Source: Amphiscolops sp. MND2022 (lineage: Eukaryota). Taken from it: a stretch of 64,000 nucleotides of DNA. The position numbers were made by a program, and so were the translations under genes. The notes under the pieces are model-generated. The model worked only from the letters and a program-made list of their open reading frames with translations. It ran no database searches and was not told the origin of the DNA. Below, piece after piece: positions 44,399 to 58,100 of the stretch; the stretch's first letter is position 1; every line of letters starts with the position of its first letter. The stretch spans positions 38,254,001 to 38,318,000 of the forward strand of contig OZ076413.1 in NCBI GenBank assembly GCA_964187785.1, written 5' to 3'.

Positions 44399-47300
44399 TG
44401 TTCACGCTAATATGACCTGAATGAACTTCATATTAAATACTACTTGAGTTTCTTCATGTATGACTTTCTAATTACTCTATGCCACGTTGCTTAACATGCT
44501 TGACTTCAATGAATAACCAATCATATTGCAATACGTAATTGTTCACGTGGCTTCTCATTCACTCATTTGTTTAGCGAGTCAAAGAAAACGTTTGGACTTG
44601 ATTCAAACTTTCAATTTCTCTTTTTGCCACAATCGGCTCACAACACTTTTTGGTGCCGCGACCCGGGAAGCATTCTCGGAAATTCTTCAGCAGCTCTCTC
44701 GAACGACCAATTCATGGCGGAGGAGGAGTTAACAGGCCAACAGGCACTGACAATGGCCGAACAAAAAGTTCGTCTCAGTCAACTCAAGAGAAGACGAGGT
44801 GGTCACAAATCGACTGTCACAAAACTTCTAGCTGACGCACAGGTTATTAGTCAAACCGGCTCTACAGATAGTGCCACAATCGATCGACTACAGCAAATTG
44901 TCGAACGAATTCGCCAGAAACAAAAGGACATCGCAGCAATCAATGAGCGATTATTTGACATAATAGATTTGGTTGATCCAGATTCTATTGAGCAAGAAAT
45001 GGAAGAAAATGAACGAGCTGCCGAGCTACACGCTGAGGATTTGTGGAAGCTCGAAAAACTCATCGAAAACTTCACCAAGCCTCTCAAGCCGGTAATTCCT
45101 TTACAAACTACAAATTTATCTAGTCAAGCTACACCAAAGCGAGACAATGTCAAGCTCCCAAAACTAAACATACCTGACTTTGATGGTTGTTATAAGTCTT
45201 GGACTTCCTTTTGGGATCTATTTCAAACGTCTGTGGACGCGAACAAGAGTTTGAGCAGAGCTGAAAAACTCAGTTACTTAAAATCTTTCTTGAAAGGTGA
45301 ACCTGCTCGGATCACTTCAGCATTACAGATTACAGACGCTGATTATGACGTCGCATGCAAGGTACTACAGGAACGTTATAACAATGAACGATCAATTGTG
45401 AGAGCCCACACAGCAGCTTTATTGAATTATCCTGCTCTTAAGCAAGAAAGTGCAGCTGCGCTCCGCAATTTACAGTGCAAAGTCAGTGAAAATCTGTTTG
45501 CGCTTGAAGCCAAGGGATTTTTTGAAACTCGGAAGGATCAATTGGTACTCAATCTTGTAGCAGACAAGCATGATCATGAATCAAGCCGCCAGTGGGAACT
45601 CAGCCTCAGAGGCAACGACGTTCCAACTCTCGATAAGCTGCTTACTTTCATTGATCACCGAGCAAGGGCACTTGAAATTCTACCTCGGAAGGAGAAACCC
45701 AGCATTACAGCAGCGTCACGACCCGCAGCAAGTGGCAAGCATATGAGCTACCATCAACAAGAACAGCCGTGTCCAGTGTCCAATGCGGGCGAACATCGCG
45801 ATAAATTTTTAGCGATGACTTCAGAGCAAAGATACGCTGAAGTTTTGAGGTTGAAACTATGCGGGAATTGTCTGCAACCCGGTCATTTGAAAGCCAAATG
45901 TCCCAGCAAGCGCAACTGCAAAACATGTAACAGGCGTCATAATTCTCTATTACACAAAGAGAATACATCCAACACAGTGGGACATGCGCAGGTAATGCTC
46001 ACTAATGATAATGTCCAAACCATTTTGGGGACTGTTGAGGTGTCTGAGCTTGGCAATGGGGGGAAATGGGTTCCAATGCGGGCCCTCTTAGATTCAGGAT
46101 CCACCATTAACATGATCACGGAGCAAACTACGACAACAATACGAGCAGTTGGACAAATGCACAGGTCCACATCTCAAAAGAGAGATCAACGTGCAATTAC
46201 TGTGTAGACAATCTGCAACGGTGATTCCCACGAATCTAGCTGTGACCAAAACGATCACTGGTCTCTTACCAGCAACTAAAGTATGTTTGCCAGAGAATCA
46301 ATTAACATGTTATAAAATGGCAGACCCTAATTTCGGAACTCCTGGTCCCATTGATCTCCTAATTGGTGCAAATCGTTATGATACAATCGTTCTCAGTGAA
46401 CGAATCAAATTGCAAAACAGACTATTTTTGCGAAAAACTCTTTGTGGTTGGATGCTTTCTGGCTCACTATCTAGTCGTGTTAAAGGTGATCTTCAACGTT
46501 CCTTTCATGTAGCTATCGACCCATCAGTTAATCAATCTTCAGCTAATGATCCACTGAAAAGATTTCGAGAAATTGAGGAAATCCCGAAGAAACGATTCCT
46601 AACACCGGAGGAAGAGCAGTGTGAGCAAATCTTCAAGGACACTACAAGGCGGTGTGCTGATGGCAGATTCTCAGTGTCTCTTCCCTTCAATCCTGAAGCT
46701 AAACCAGTCGGTGATAGTTTTCAGCAGGCCCAACGGCGTTTCTTGTCTCTTGAGAGGCGCCTAGAGAAGCAACCAATACTCAAGGAGCGATATTCCAAGT
46801 TCTTAAATGTATTCATTGATCTTGATCATTTAGAGATCGTACCTGTGGATGAAATTGAAAAACCAGACAACGAGATGTTCTACTTGCCACACCATTGCGT
46901 TGAAAAGGAGCCAGCACAACGACAAAAGTGTGTGTGGTCTTCGACGCATCCGCCATTACCACTTCAGGCACATCTCTCAACGATATTCTGCTTACAGGTC
47001 CTCGACTTCAAGATGATCTTTTCGAAATACTACTCAGATTTCGGTTTCATCGCATCGGACTCACAGCGGATGTAGAAAAAATGTACCAACAAATTGCTCT
47101 GAATTCACCTGACAAGGATTTCCATCGCATTTGGTGGCGAGAGCGAAAATCCGAATCACTCAAAACATACAGAATGACACGTGTAGCCTATGGGGTCAGA
47201 TCTTCAGCGCATCACTCCACGCGGGCCCTTCAGGAGAAAGCTCATGTCGAGTATGATTCTCAAACAACGGCAGTGGTTCTGCGCGACTTTGCCGTAGACG

Positions 47301-50300
47301 ACTTACTCACAGGAGCATCTAGTCTTGAAGACGCTCTTGAGCTCCAGAAAAGAATTACTACAGAGCTCAAAAAGACCGGGTTTAATCTCCGTAAATGGTC
47401 TTCAAGCAGTTCTGAATTCATGCACAGGTTGCCTGAAGCATTGCAAGAAGCACCCTCAGCTTATATTATTGAAGACAGGAATCATAGTATTAAAGTTCTA
47501 GGAATAAAATGGATTCCTCTCGGCGATTACTTTTGCTTCACAACACGTGAATTTGAAGTTGACAACCCTACAAAACGTCAACTGTTGTCAAATATCGCCA
47601 AACTTTATGATCCTTTGGGGTGGTTATCACCAGCAAAAATTAAATTCAAATTGCTAATCCAGGAGACATGGTTGGCTGGAGTTGGTTGGGATGAGGCCGT
47701 CGGAGACTCAATTGCTACGAAATGGCGCAGTGCCAAAGACATATTTAGCGATCTGGCTCAAATTAAACTTAACCGTTGTGTGCTACTCCCCGGAAAAATC
47801 GACACTACCGAGCTGCATGTATTTTGCGACGCGTCGGAACGTGCTTATGCTGCAGTAGTATACTCACGAATTCAAGACGATCTTGGCACCATCCGAGTTC
47901 AGCTCCTTTCGGCGAAATCCAAGGTTGCACCAATCAAAACAGTAAGCCTTCCACGGTTAGAATTGTGTGCAGCCGATCTGGGTGGTAAGCTAGTGACAAT
48001 CTGCAAAGACGCACTGGAAAAGATGGGTGTTCAAATTGATTCCATCCATGGTTGGACAGATTCCACAATTGTCTCGTCTTGGTTAGCAGATTATCCATCG
48101 AATTGGTCAACCTTCGTTGGCAATCGAGATTCAAGCATTCAGAAGGCAATAGCCCCTGAGCAGTGGATGCACGTGGACTCGAGCAACAATCCTGCAGATT
48201 GCGCCTCTCGGGGTCTTCTGTCTCAAGAGTTGACAACTTTTCAGCTTTGGTGGGATGGACCAAGTTGGCTCACGACTGATCGCAACCAATGGCCACAGCA
48301 ATCTGTCGTGCCCAAAATGATGCCACCTGAACGTCGAAAAAACAAAACAGTGGCGCTGGCAGTAGCCAGTCCTCCCGCCCCAGTGATTGATGTGGAGCGC
48401 TTTTCGCAGTGGAGAAGACTCATGGCGACGACGAAAAGAATTGTCCTTCTGACAAGTAGAATCAAATCAAACGAAGAGTACTCAAAACTGGACGAGGTAA
48501 CAGCCCACTTGAAGGCCCGTAACGTACTTTTGAAGCTTCATCAGCAGCATCTATTTGCGACCGAAATCAATCAAATCATCGGGCAAAGGCGCCATTCTTT
48601 GACAACGAAGATAACCTGCTCCGAGTTGGTGGCAGATTATCGCAAAGCAATTACAATGAGGACATCAAATTTCCAATTATTGTCGCGGGAGATACCCATT
48701 TTGTAACCCTATTGATAAGGGATGCCCATCAAAACACTCTGCATGGTGGACCGCAAGCAACGCTTTACAAACTCAGACAAGAAATTTGAATCACAGGTGG
48801 AGTCAAAACAGTGGCACGTATCATCAAGCAGTGCATCACCTGTATACGCTTCAGCAAAAGCACCAACCAGCCTCAGATGGGCGACTTGCCAGCAGAGCGA
48901 ATCTCCTCAACTAGAGGATCTCCTCATCTCGGCCTGGACTTTGGTGGTCCAATACACATTAAGATCAGCAAAGCCAAGCTTGAGAAGGCCTACATTGCGC
49001 TCTCCATTTGCATGGCAACAAAGGCTATACACATAGAAGTTGTATCATCACTGACAACAGCAGCTTGCGTCGCAGCATTGCGCAGGTTCGTTGCACGACG
49101 AGGGCTCCCATCAGCTATCTTTTCCGACAATTGAGCAAATTTTATTGGTGCCAGAAGTGAGCTTTCAGCGCTTCAAAACATCCTAAACGACAAGTCGGCC
49201 AATTCTCTGACTCAGTTCTCCAACGCTAAAGGCACTGCATGGCTCATGATTCCACCCAGAGCACCGCACTTTGGAGGTCTATGGGAGGCCGGCATCAAGA
49301 AATGCAAAACGTTATTGCGCAAAATTGTTGGAGTTCAAACTTTAACCTTCGAGGCGCTTTCCACTGTGCTCACTCAAGTGGAAGCTGCTCTCAATTCACG
49401 CCCCATTAGCCCCATGTCTTCAGACCCGAATGCTTTGAACGTTTTGTCACCGGGACATTTCATCATTGGATCACCACTCGATGCATGGCCAGATGCAACT
49501 GATTCAAAGAACCTAACACTTAACCCTCAACAGCGTTGGAAGTTATTGCAGCAACTTTCACGAAGCAGAGTACCTTAACAACCTTCAACACAGAAGTAAA
49601 TGGACAAAAGATGTGCCCAACTTCCAAGTTGGCGATCTCGTCCTAGTTAAAGAGGACAACAATCCTCCACTTGTATGGCCACGCGCACGAATCACAAGGA
49701 TCTTCGCAGGCAACGATGATGTCATTAGAGTGGTTCAATTGAGGACGGCAGCAGGAACCTACAATAGACCTGCCTCAAAATTGAGGCTTCTGAGTCCTAC
49801 TGAAAACTGAAAATCGCAATCAGCAAAGTTGCTCTAAAATTGCAACAATCATCACCTCCTAGAGCTCAAATCGAAAAAAAAACGCTACGTCATGACTTAT
49901 CACGGACCTTATGGAAGCTCATGTATCCATTATTGAAGCCCTATAACTTACAAGCTTTATGGGCGAACACGGTTTATCATGCAATCTTGTTTTATCTTAA
50001 ACAAATTTTTGTCGAATTATATTTATTACAGTCCTTCAAGCCAACTACTTTGGATGATTTATTCTACTCCTGCATACATGACTGGACTACCATGAATGAA
50101 ACCAAACTCAATTGGCGTAATCTTCAATTGAAGTTCATCAAATATCACAACAACAAATTAGCAAAAATCAAATTTGATTTCAAGCATACCCATCACTTGC
50201 GGCCAAAGCGTTTCTTCCGAATGGACAGGCGATCACCCGTCCTGGGCTCTCCTCCTGGTCTGTACGAGCCCTTGCGACCACATTGCTCCCCGTCCATCTT

Positions 50301-51375
50301 GCACATGAACTTCTGACCCTTCAAATTGTTCTGCTGAAGTTTGTCCTCTTGTGGTAGGCAAGTGAAGGTTATCATGGACGTCACACCCAAAGACCACACT
50401 TGATGGGCGAAGCCCCACGGGATGTACACTGTGACTCCAGGAGTCTGCTCAAACCAGATGACATCGGTGGGCATCCTGTCCTTCACTTCTTGTGCCTATT
50501 TCAATCAGGGAGTAAGCAGTTTTCCTTGATTGAAGTCTCCTTCCAGCACGACGATTCTTTGCCAACCACCACAATTTTTCACCCTGTTGAAGCTGACTCA
50601 TCACTGTCACTGCATTTGGACTTCCATCAAAGTGCCACCCAGTGAAGGCGCAACCAGTGCTGAAGTATAATTGGGCATCATGCATTCTGTCGGGCGGCCG
50701 AACACAACGTTGGAGCAACTCGCAATAATCCTCGTCATTTGAAGCAAGCACTGCAATTGGATAGCATTGCTTGATATATCGAGTATCAGGGTAATGCTGT
50801 GTCGATTCATTGGCAGTCCATTCAAATGCCTCACCCAACTCTGTCACAGTCCGCGCTTCCTTGAAAATTCGCTCGGCATTCTCCTCTCGGTCACGCACCA
50901 CCGGACTGACAATGGCTGTAGGCTCGTTTGGGCACAATAGTACTTCTGCGACACTCTTGCAAGGAAGAACCTGATCTTCTCTCAATGACTCGTAACTATT
51001 CCGCAAGTACTGCTTTGCTGCCTCAAGACTGTTAAACATCCATCGATGTTGCCCCGATCTGGTATTCATCATTCGTATCTGAAAGAAAAAAGAATTTGGG
51101 ATATCACGAAATCCCAAGGCCGTCGGGATGTTCACGCTAATATGACCTGAATGAACTTCATGTTAAATACTACTTGAATTTCTTCATGTATGACTTTCTA
51201 ATTACTCTATGCCACGTTGCTTAACATGCTTGACTTCAATGAATAACCAATCATATTGCAATACGTAATTGTTCACGTGGCTTCTCATTCACTCATTTGT
51301 TTAGCGAGTCAAAGAAAACGTTTGGATTTAATTCAAACTTTCAATTTCTCTTTTTGCCACAATCGGCTCACAACA
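44399..51375 (+). mobile_element. BEL/Pao element, copy 2 (LTRs 44399-44645 and 51129-51375; gag-pol remnant 44714-49810)
   Basis: Duplicate of 26872-33838 with the same AATGG TSD. Confidence 0.96.
50193..51072 (-). pseudogene. JmjC-domain ORF, copy 2, with the same frameshift
   Basis: ORFs 50449..51135 and 50193..50486 translate identically to copy 1. Confidence 0.87.
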
Positions 51376-52730
51376 AATGGTACGCTTCACTTCCCTGTTG
51401 ACCTGGCATTCTGTACTGCTTCGCTTGTATCTTCGCAATTCCTCGTGCGGTTCGGACATAGTGCGTGTTCCATATGGCGAGAACAAAAAATTGACATTTG
51501 CATTTCATGATCATAGTAAAGAACGTCCCCTAACGTCAGCTGGACGTTCCCTGTTGGCTCAGTGGACTCAAGGATACGGGATTTTGCCGCGAAGTATTCG
51601 GATGAGACAACGCAGTGCATTACGACGGGACTCGATGAAAACAGTGACAACCAGGAATCTGATGTAATCTTATGTGGATTCTTCATTTGTATTATACTAC
51701 GTGTGTTTTCAAGAAGTGAGAAAAATGGAGTGAAACACTTTCCTGGACACTTGAAATAAAACCTGTGAACCACCGAAGATTCGTTAAAATGTAAAAAGTC
51801 GCTTTGTTTCTTTGGTCTCTTGAAATTTTGTGTATTCTTCAACCCTGTAATGTGGACTCAGAAAAGCGTGTGAAGAATTCAGATAAAGGTTCAGGAATTG
51901 ACAAAATACAGAAACAATTCACACATGCGTAGCTAGATTATCAATAACATGAAAAATCACGCATCATTTTTCTGATTCCTTGAAAAATTCTTTTTCGCAC
52001 TGCTAATATTTGTGAGTGAAATCTCTGCCAATTCGTTTGAAGTGCACATTTTCCTGAATTCTTAGAAACACATTTAGTTCGGTGCGGAACCCAACTTTTT
52101 CCAATACTTGAAGTTTGAAAAGCTACCACGATTGGCGCCGTAATGCCTCACATCACTTCTGACGAGTAGGAATGTGGCGACACAAAAGGTAAAATCTATC
52201 GTCCGCGCCTTGCACACTTCTGCTAGCTTGTAGAGGAACTGCTGGAAGTCTTTATCACAATACATATATACCCACTGCAGGGAGAAACACAAAAATGGCT
52301 GTCGCGCCCACAAGACGCGACGAGTTTAATGTTTAATCTATGGTAGCAATCACCTTTTAAATTGCCAAAAGTTACACTGGAACAAGTTGGGTAGTGTGGG
52401 CAGCAACTCCTCACAGGGCCATGGGTTCAATTACATTTGCCAACACCACCTTGTTAGGCGGTGGTTCTTTCAGCGAGCCCTCGAGCTCTGGTGAATCTAT
52501 TATTCACCAGTATTTTGGCCATTTCACGACAGCGCGTGATCTCTGTCGTCGCATCTCAGGCCGGTAGGAAGAATCTACCATTACACAGTATCGCGCATGC
52601 TATAGTCTATCTTTGGACAATGATAGGAACGATTTGATCTCCGGAGCATACCAAGTGTGGTTTTCTCAAGTTTCCTTTTCCATCCTCTCAGGTTCGATTG
52701 TCGCTGTTGCAGACAGTTGTCGACTACTGT

Positions 52731-55138
52731 CCCAGTGACACGAATCTTGGTAGCCTTGCCAAGATCTTGGAAAAACATGGAAACGCATGGTAGGCTTACC
52801 AAGACGCATGGAAAAACATGATGCATGCTACGCTTGGTAAGATCTTGGCAAGATCTTGGCAAGATCTTGACAAGCGTTCCATGTGGAAATGCTTGCCAAG
52901 ATCATGGCAAGATCTTATCAAGATCTTGGCAAGCAAATGATATGAAGATCTCTTCTTCAGAAAAACTGAAAAAAACTTGTTTAACCCAATCTAATTGTCA
53001 TTACATTTAGAAGAATTATGTTGCGCATATCAAATATGATGGCAACATCTTAACAAGGCTAGAAGAACTAATTCTAAGTCAAAAAACGCAGTTTACGATC
53101 TACTCTAGGTATCGTTACACCTTGAACCAAAGTCAATATGAATTAAGGATGTACCTAGAACGTTCCTAGAAACAAATCAGAGAGGGGAAGCTATAATTAT
53201 CGCAAAGTTATTGGAACATTCAAGCTTTTTCCAGATCAACACTACTGTTTTCGAGTATCGCAATTTTTGTTTTTTACGTAGTTTTTCATGTTTCATGTTT
53301 TGAAATGTTTCCAGGTACATGCGACAACTTCAGCATTGTCCCCTGTAGTGCTTGAACTGCTCAGATCTCGAAGACTGCCATCATAACTCAACTCAACACA
53401 ATTGTTTTTCGGGCTCTTGCAGATACTCTTCCATGTCGGGCGATGTTCGAGTTAAAAATGACAGTTTCGTTTGCATGCCTTTAGTAAATGCTTGATATAC
53501 ATTCTGAGTGGCTGTTTTGGCGTGCTGTGAGAGTTTCGAAATGGTTTCGAAAGTTTCGAAATGAGAGTTTCTTTGCGCGCTCTGACGCTATTTTTGTTTT
53601 GGGATTGTGACAAGCAGATGCGCTGCCGATGATCGATCCGGGTACTCGATGGCCTTCCAAGATGTTAAAATCTTTATGCTGGAAAATTTCCGTGGCGTTT
53701 TCAATAGGATTCTTGTTTGCTATAATGTGGCACTTAGTAATGTGGTATTCAAACGCTGGGCCGTGTTTTGAAGATGTTTTTTTTTGTAAATTGTGTTCCT
53801 GCCCAATGGAACCCGTAGGCCTGGCAGTGCTAAAAATGAGTCTTTGAAACCTTTGACTGGTTTGACTTTTTCTCGTTTGCAATTTTTTCATTGTTCTCTT
53901 TTGCTTTCTTCTCATTGCGAATGATTTGCTTCTCCACTTTGTAGAAATTTTGGAAAATGTGTTCCTAACTTGAGAAAAACGTGCTTCGCAACGCTAGAGC
54001 GGAACATTCAAGCTTTTTCCAGATCAACACTACTCTTTTCGAGTATCGCCATTTTTTTATGTAGTTCTTCACAATTCATGTTTTCGAATGTTTCCAGGGA
54101 CACGAAACAACTTATGCAGCCTCGTCGCCTGTGGTGATTGGACTTCTCGGATCTCAGCGTCTTTCAGCAGTACTCATTATTTGTTGGATGGTAAGTTTCT
54201 CTCTTGTTTTTGAAGACGTTTTTTTGTAAATTGCGTTCCTGCCCAATGGAACCCGTAGGCCTGGCAGAGTCTTTGAAACCTTTGACTAGTTCGATTTTTT
54301 TCGTTTGCAAGTTTTTCATTGTTCTCTTTTGCTTTCTTTTCATTTCGAATGATTTGCTTCTCCACTTCGTAGAAAATTTGGAAAATGTGTTCCTAACTTG
54401 AGAAAAATGTACTTCGCAACGCTAGAGCGGAACATTCAAGCTTTTTCCAGATCAACAACTACTCTTTTCGAGTATCGCATTTTTTTATGTAGTTCTTCAC
54501 AATTCATGTTTTGAAATGTTTCCAGGTACATGCGACAACTTCAGCATCGTCCCCTGTAGTGCTTGAACTGCTCAGATCTCGAAGACTGCCATCAGAACTC
54601 ATTCTTTGTTTAATGGATAATATATCTCCAGCTTTCGAAGATTTGCAAATTGTGTTGCTGTCCGTGGAAGAAACAAACTCCATTTGTCAAACTTTCGCAT
54701 GATTTTCCAATTTTCTTTGGTGCTGCAACTACAATACTTACTGTTATAATATTTGAAAATCGAAACAATTAAATTTTGGTTATTCCAGTTTTCGAAAATA
54801 TTCAATATAAAATCTCAAATGGCTCAAAAACACACGTAGAACGTATTAAGCTTTGCAAGTTACAACGAAAATCTTGGAATGCTTTGCAAAATGCATGAAA
54901 AAATCCTGGTTGGATTGGCAAGATGGATAGAAAAATCTTGGTATGCTTGGCAAGACACATGGAAAAGCTTGGTAAGATACATGGAAAATCTTGGTACGCT
55001 TGGTAAGACGCATGGTCAGCCTTGCCATGATCTTGCATGATCATGGTAGCCTTGGTAAGATCTTGGCAAGATCTTGCCAAGATCTTGGCAAGCATACCCA
55101 TGCATCTTGGCAAGCGTGCCAAGATTCGTGTCACTGGG
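52731..55138. mobile_element. EnSpm/CMC-like element, copy 2 of 35194-37601
   Basis: Same TIRs and GT TSD. Confidence 0.88.
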
Positions 55139-58100
55139 GTGTCTGTTCCTCTTATGCCTGGCTACCTATCGGGACATAGCGGGGCACTTTCTTCCTGTCA
55201 TACAGGCATCCCGAGGAGATCACAGGTGCGGCTTCCCAGACCCGTGCGAGTGCCGACTCACCAGGGACCCGGAGGCATTCTGTTACACTGGCTAACTTGG
55301 AGCTGTACGATCTCCGAGAAAGGATTACTCCTAGCTTGTCTATGATCAGTGGATGTCACTTATTTTGGGAGCATGAATCAGTACTGCCTCCCCCGGTGAC
55401 ATTCGCGGCTATGGTTCCCCCTGTTACCCTATCGGCTGTGCGCAGGGGGACCTATGGATACCAAGGACTTCATTTGTGCTGTACCGTTTTGTCGAAGGGG
55501 GACGACTGCTAAATCTGTCAATACTGTTAGGAGGTGGTTCCCTCTCATCCTTAGACGACGACCAACCCTTGAAAACCAATTAGAGGTGTTTGGGGGAGTG
55601 TTTCGGGAACGCGATGGTGTTACGGAGCCCTCGAGCTGCGACACCGGAGTGCGTACTGTGCCTTTTTGTAACAGGGTCTGAATAGCCGAGACTTGCTGAA
55701 AAAATGATTGAACAAACCTTTGCGATTCAGAGTAATTGGCAACAGTGTGCAGCGCTGCAATGACTGCTCAATGATTGGGCGATGTGACATGTTTGATGTA
55801 GGAGCATTCACCGGTGGTCATATCGACTGCCAATGCAGTAACTCACTGGTGGATAGTAAAATGCCGGTGGGGGCAAATGATGTGGCTGTTGTTGGATTGT
55901 ACAAGGTGGTTGCGCAGAGAGGTGCCATGCGGAGAAGGATAGGTTCAACGCACAGAGAGAGTTCATGCTCCAGCACGATATTATTTGTGGGACGATACGA
56001 CACAGAAGCGCGGTCGTCTAGGAAGTGATGTGTGAGATCGTAGTTCACACATTTTCCGGCATGCGAGTGACCTTGCATATCCTCCCACATTAGCGGTTAT
56101 GGCGAGGACCATGAAAGTCAACCATGAGAGCAAGTTTGTTGGGCAAGGGCAGCAGTAATTCCGGTTACCGCCGCGGGAGAGATTACATGTCTTTCGTAAA
56201 TTTTCATCCAAGAACTTAGCATGGGAGATTCGCTGCACGCGTATCTGACCATAGGCTCTGGGTGTTTGAACCGAAGATGCAGACTGTGAAGCAGTCACCT
56301 GCTGTGTCACTTGGCATTGGCGAAGACTGCGTCAAATCGCAAATACAATCAACTTGTCTAACAAGAGTGAAGCTGAGCTGGATTTCCACACTAGTCTTAG
56401 CAGGAGAATCCGTTCTAGCATGATGATGATAATTAAGTTGCAGAGATCTTTGAGAACGTCTTCAGATGTTCGTTGTAACCACCTCATGAAGTCCTCGGCT
56501 ATCCAAGGAAACAATGCGTCGCTCTTATTAGCAAGATGTGATGATTTTAAATGGGATTTTGGGCCAGGGAGGGATGTAGTTATGTACGGAATTCGCCTAA
56601 TCGGGGACGTAGTGCAAGTATTTCATCCGCACCGCACTCGCGCAAAATGTAGCGCAGGGCAGAAGAAATTGTCTCCAAGTCTGCAGTTCATCATATGGCA
56701 AGGTGCCTTCTGCCTGCAGAAAGTCGATCAACCGTGCGTGATGATATCAACAAGATTGCTCCAAAGCACGCCAGGACATTGAACTTCCCTTCCTGGCTCG
56801 TCGTACGCGGATGGCTGAATGGCCGCGCAATGTCCTCGTAGGACATCTAGGTCCTGCCGAACGGATCTTTGAAAGGTCTCATTGTCGATGTTGGAATTCG
56901 CCTAAATACCTAACGTCCCAAGAGCTGCTTTAGTAGGAAACACGGATGCGTGGAGATGTGGGAAAATTGGATTTTGATATTTATACCACCAAAACTTAGT
57001 GTTTCCGAATACCAAACCACCATATGATTACGTTGTCAGTTTTGGACGTCCGTAAACGTTCCAAACAACTATACAGATGGCAAGGATCCATCAACGCGTC
57101 CATATATAGCCAAAGTCAACTCCAGCATTTGATCATAACTAGTCCTTTCCTTGAGCAGGACAAGAGGCCTTACCCAACAAGGAAGGTCACAATGTTTTTA
57201 GTTTCGCCTCGGCACAGACGTTTTCAGTACCCTACAATCCTGTATAGATATTTCTGCCCGGATAAATAGCCGATGTACTGAGTGTCCTCAGTAGTACCAC
57301 CTGAGAGCACTCCTTGGTGTCCAATCTCGAGTGTACCCCGAGGCGTGTCGACTGTCATTGCGCAAACGCAATCACGCAACACAAAAGTCAGAGTGAGAAA
57401 AGTGTTTGCGGTTGCGCCTTGAGCTGTACTGGTGAGGACTTTCAGGATGGTCGGAAACAGAAAAAACTTTAGCTTCAGGCATCGAGGTCGTAGTCGTGTC
57501 CGAATTCGATATTTGCTGGTTTTGCTAGCAGTGGTCGGCGGCAGTCATCAAAACCGACCACGCGGGCAATCCCTTCTGCTACCACGCTGCTTGCTGGCCC
57601 TACTGGTGCGTTGAGAAAGAAGACTTCCACCTCTACCTGTTTTGGGTATAGGTTGGGTACCAGGAGGTGTAAGGGGAGCTACAAGATCAGCCGCGCAGGT
57701 CAGGCTTTTGGCAGCGGCAAAATACTATTCAAATGTTGTCGGCACCGTCCGAGGCCGAATGGTTAATTTCTTCAACGAATCAGTTAAGGAAGGGTTGGCC
57801 AGGAAAGGAGCTGAGGTGCCGACAAGTGATGACAAACTACCCTCGCCTTCAGATTTAATGGAGGTCAATACCAGACCTTGGGGACTCTGAAACTTGGTCG
57901 AGAATCTCAGCGTGGGTCAGAACTGCGTCCATCTCCTCCTTGTCACTGATCTTCGGAGTTGCATCATCGCCCGCATCGGACGGAGAGTAACCAACTTGAT
58001 GGAACTGTAAGCGACTGCCACTCTTCCGGATGTGGGTGTGCAGGCATATTTCCCTCCAATGCCGTCTTCTCGAAGGCAATGATGCAATCGATGCCTCTGG

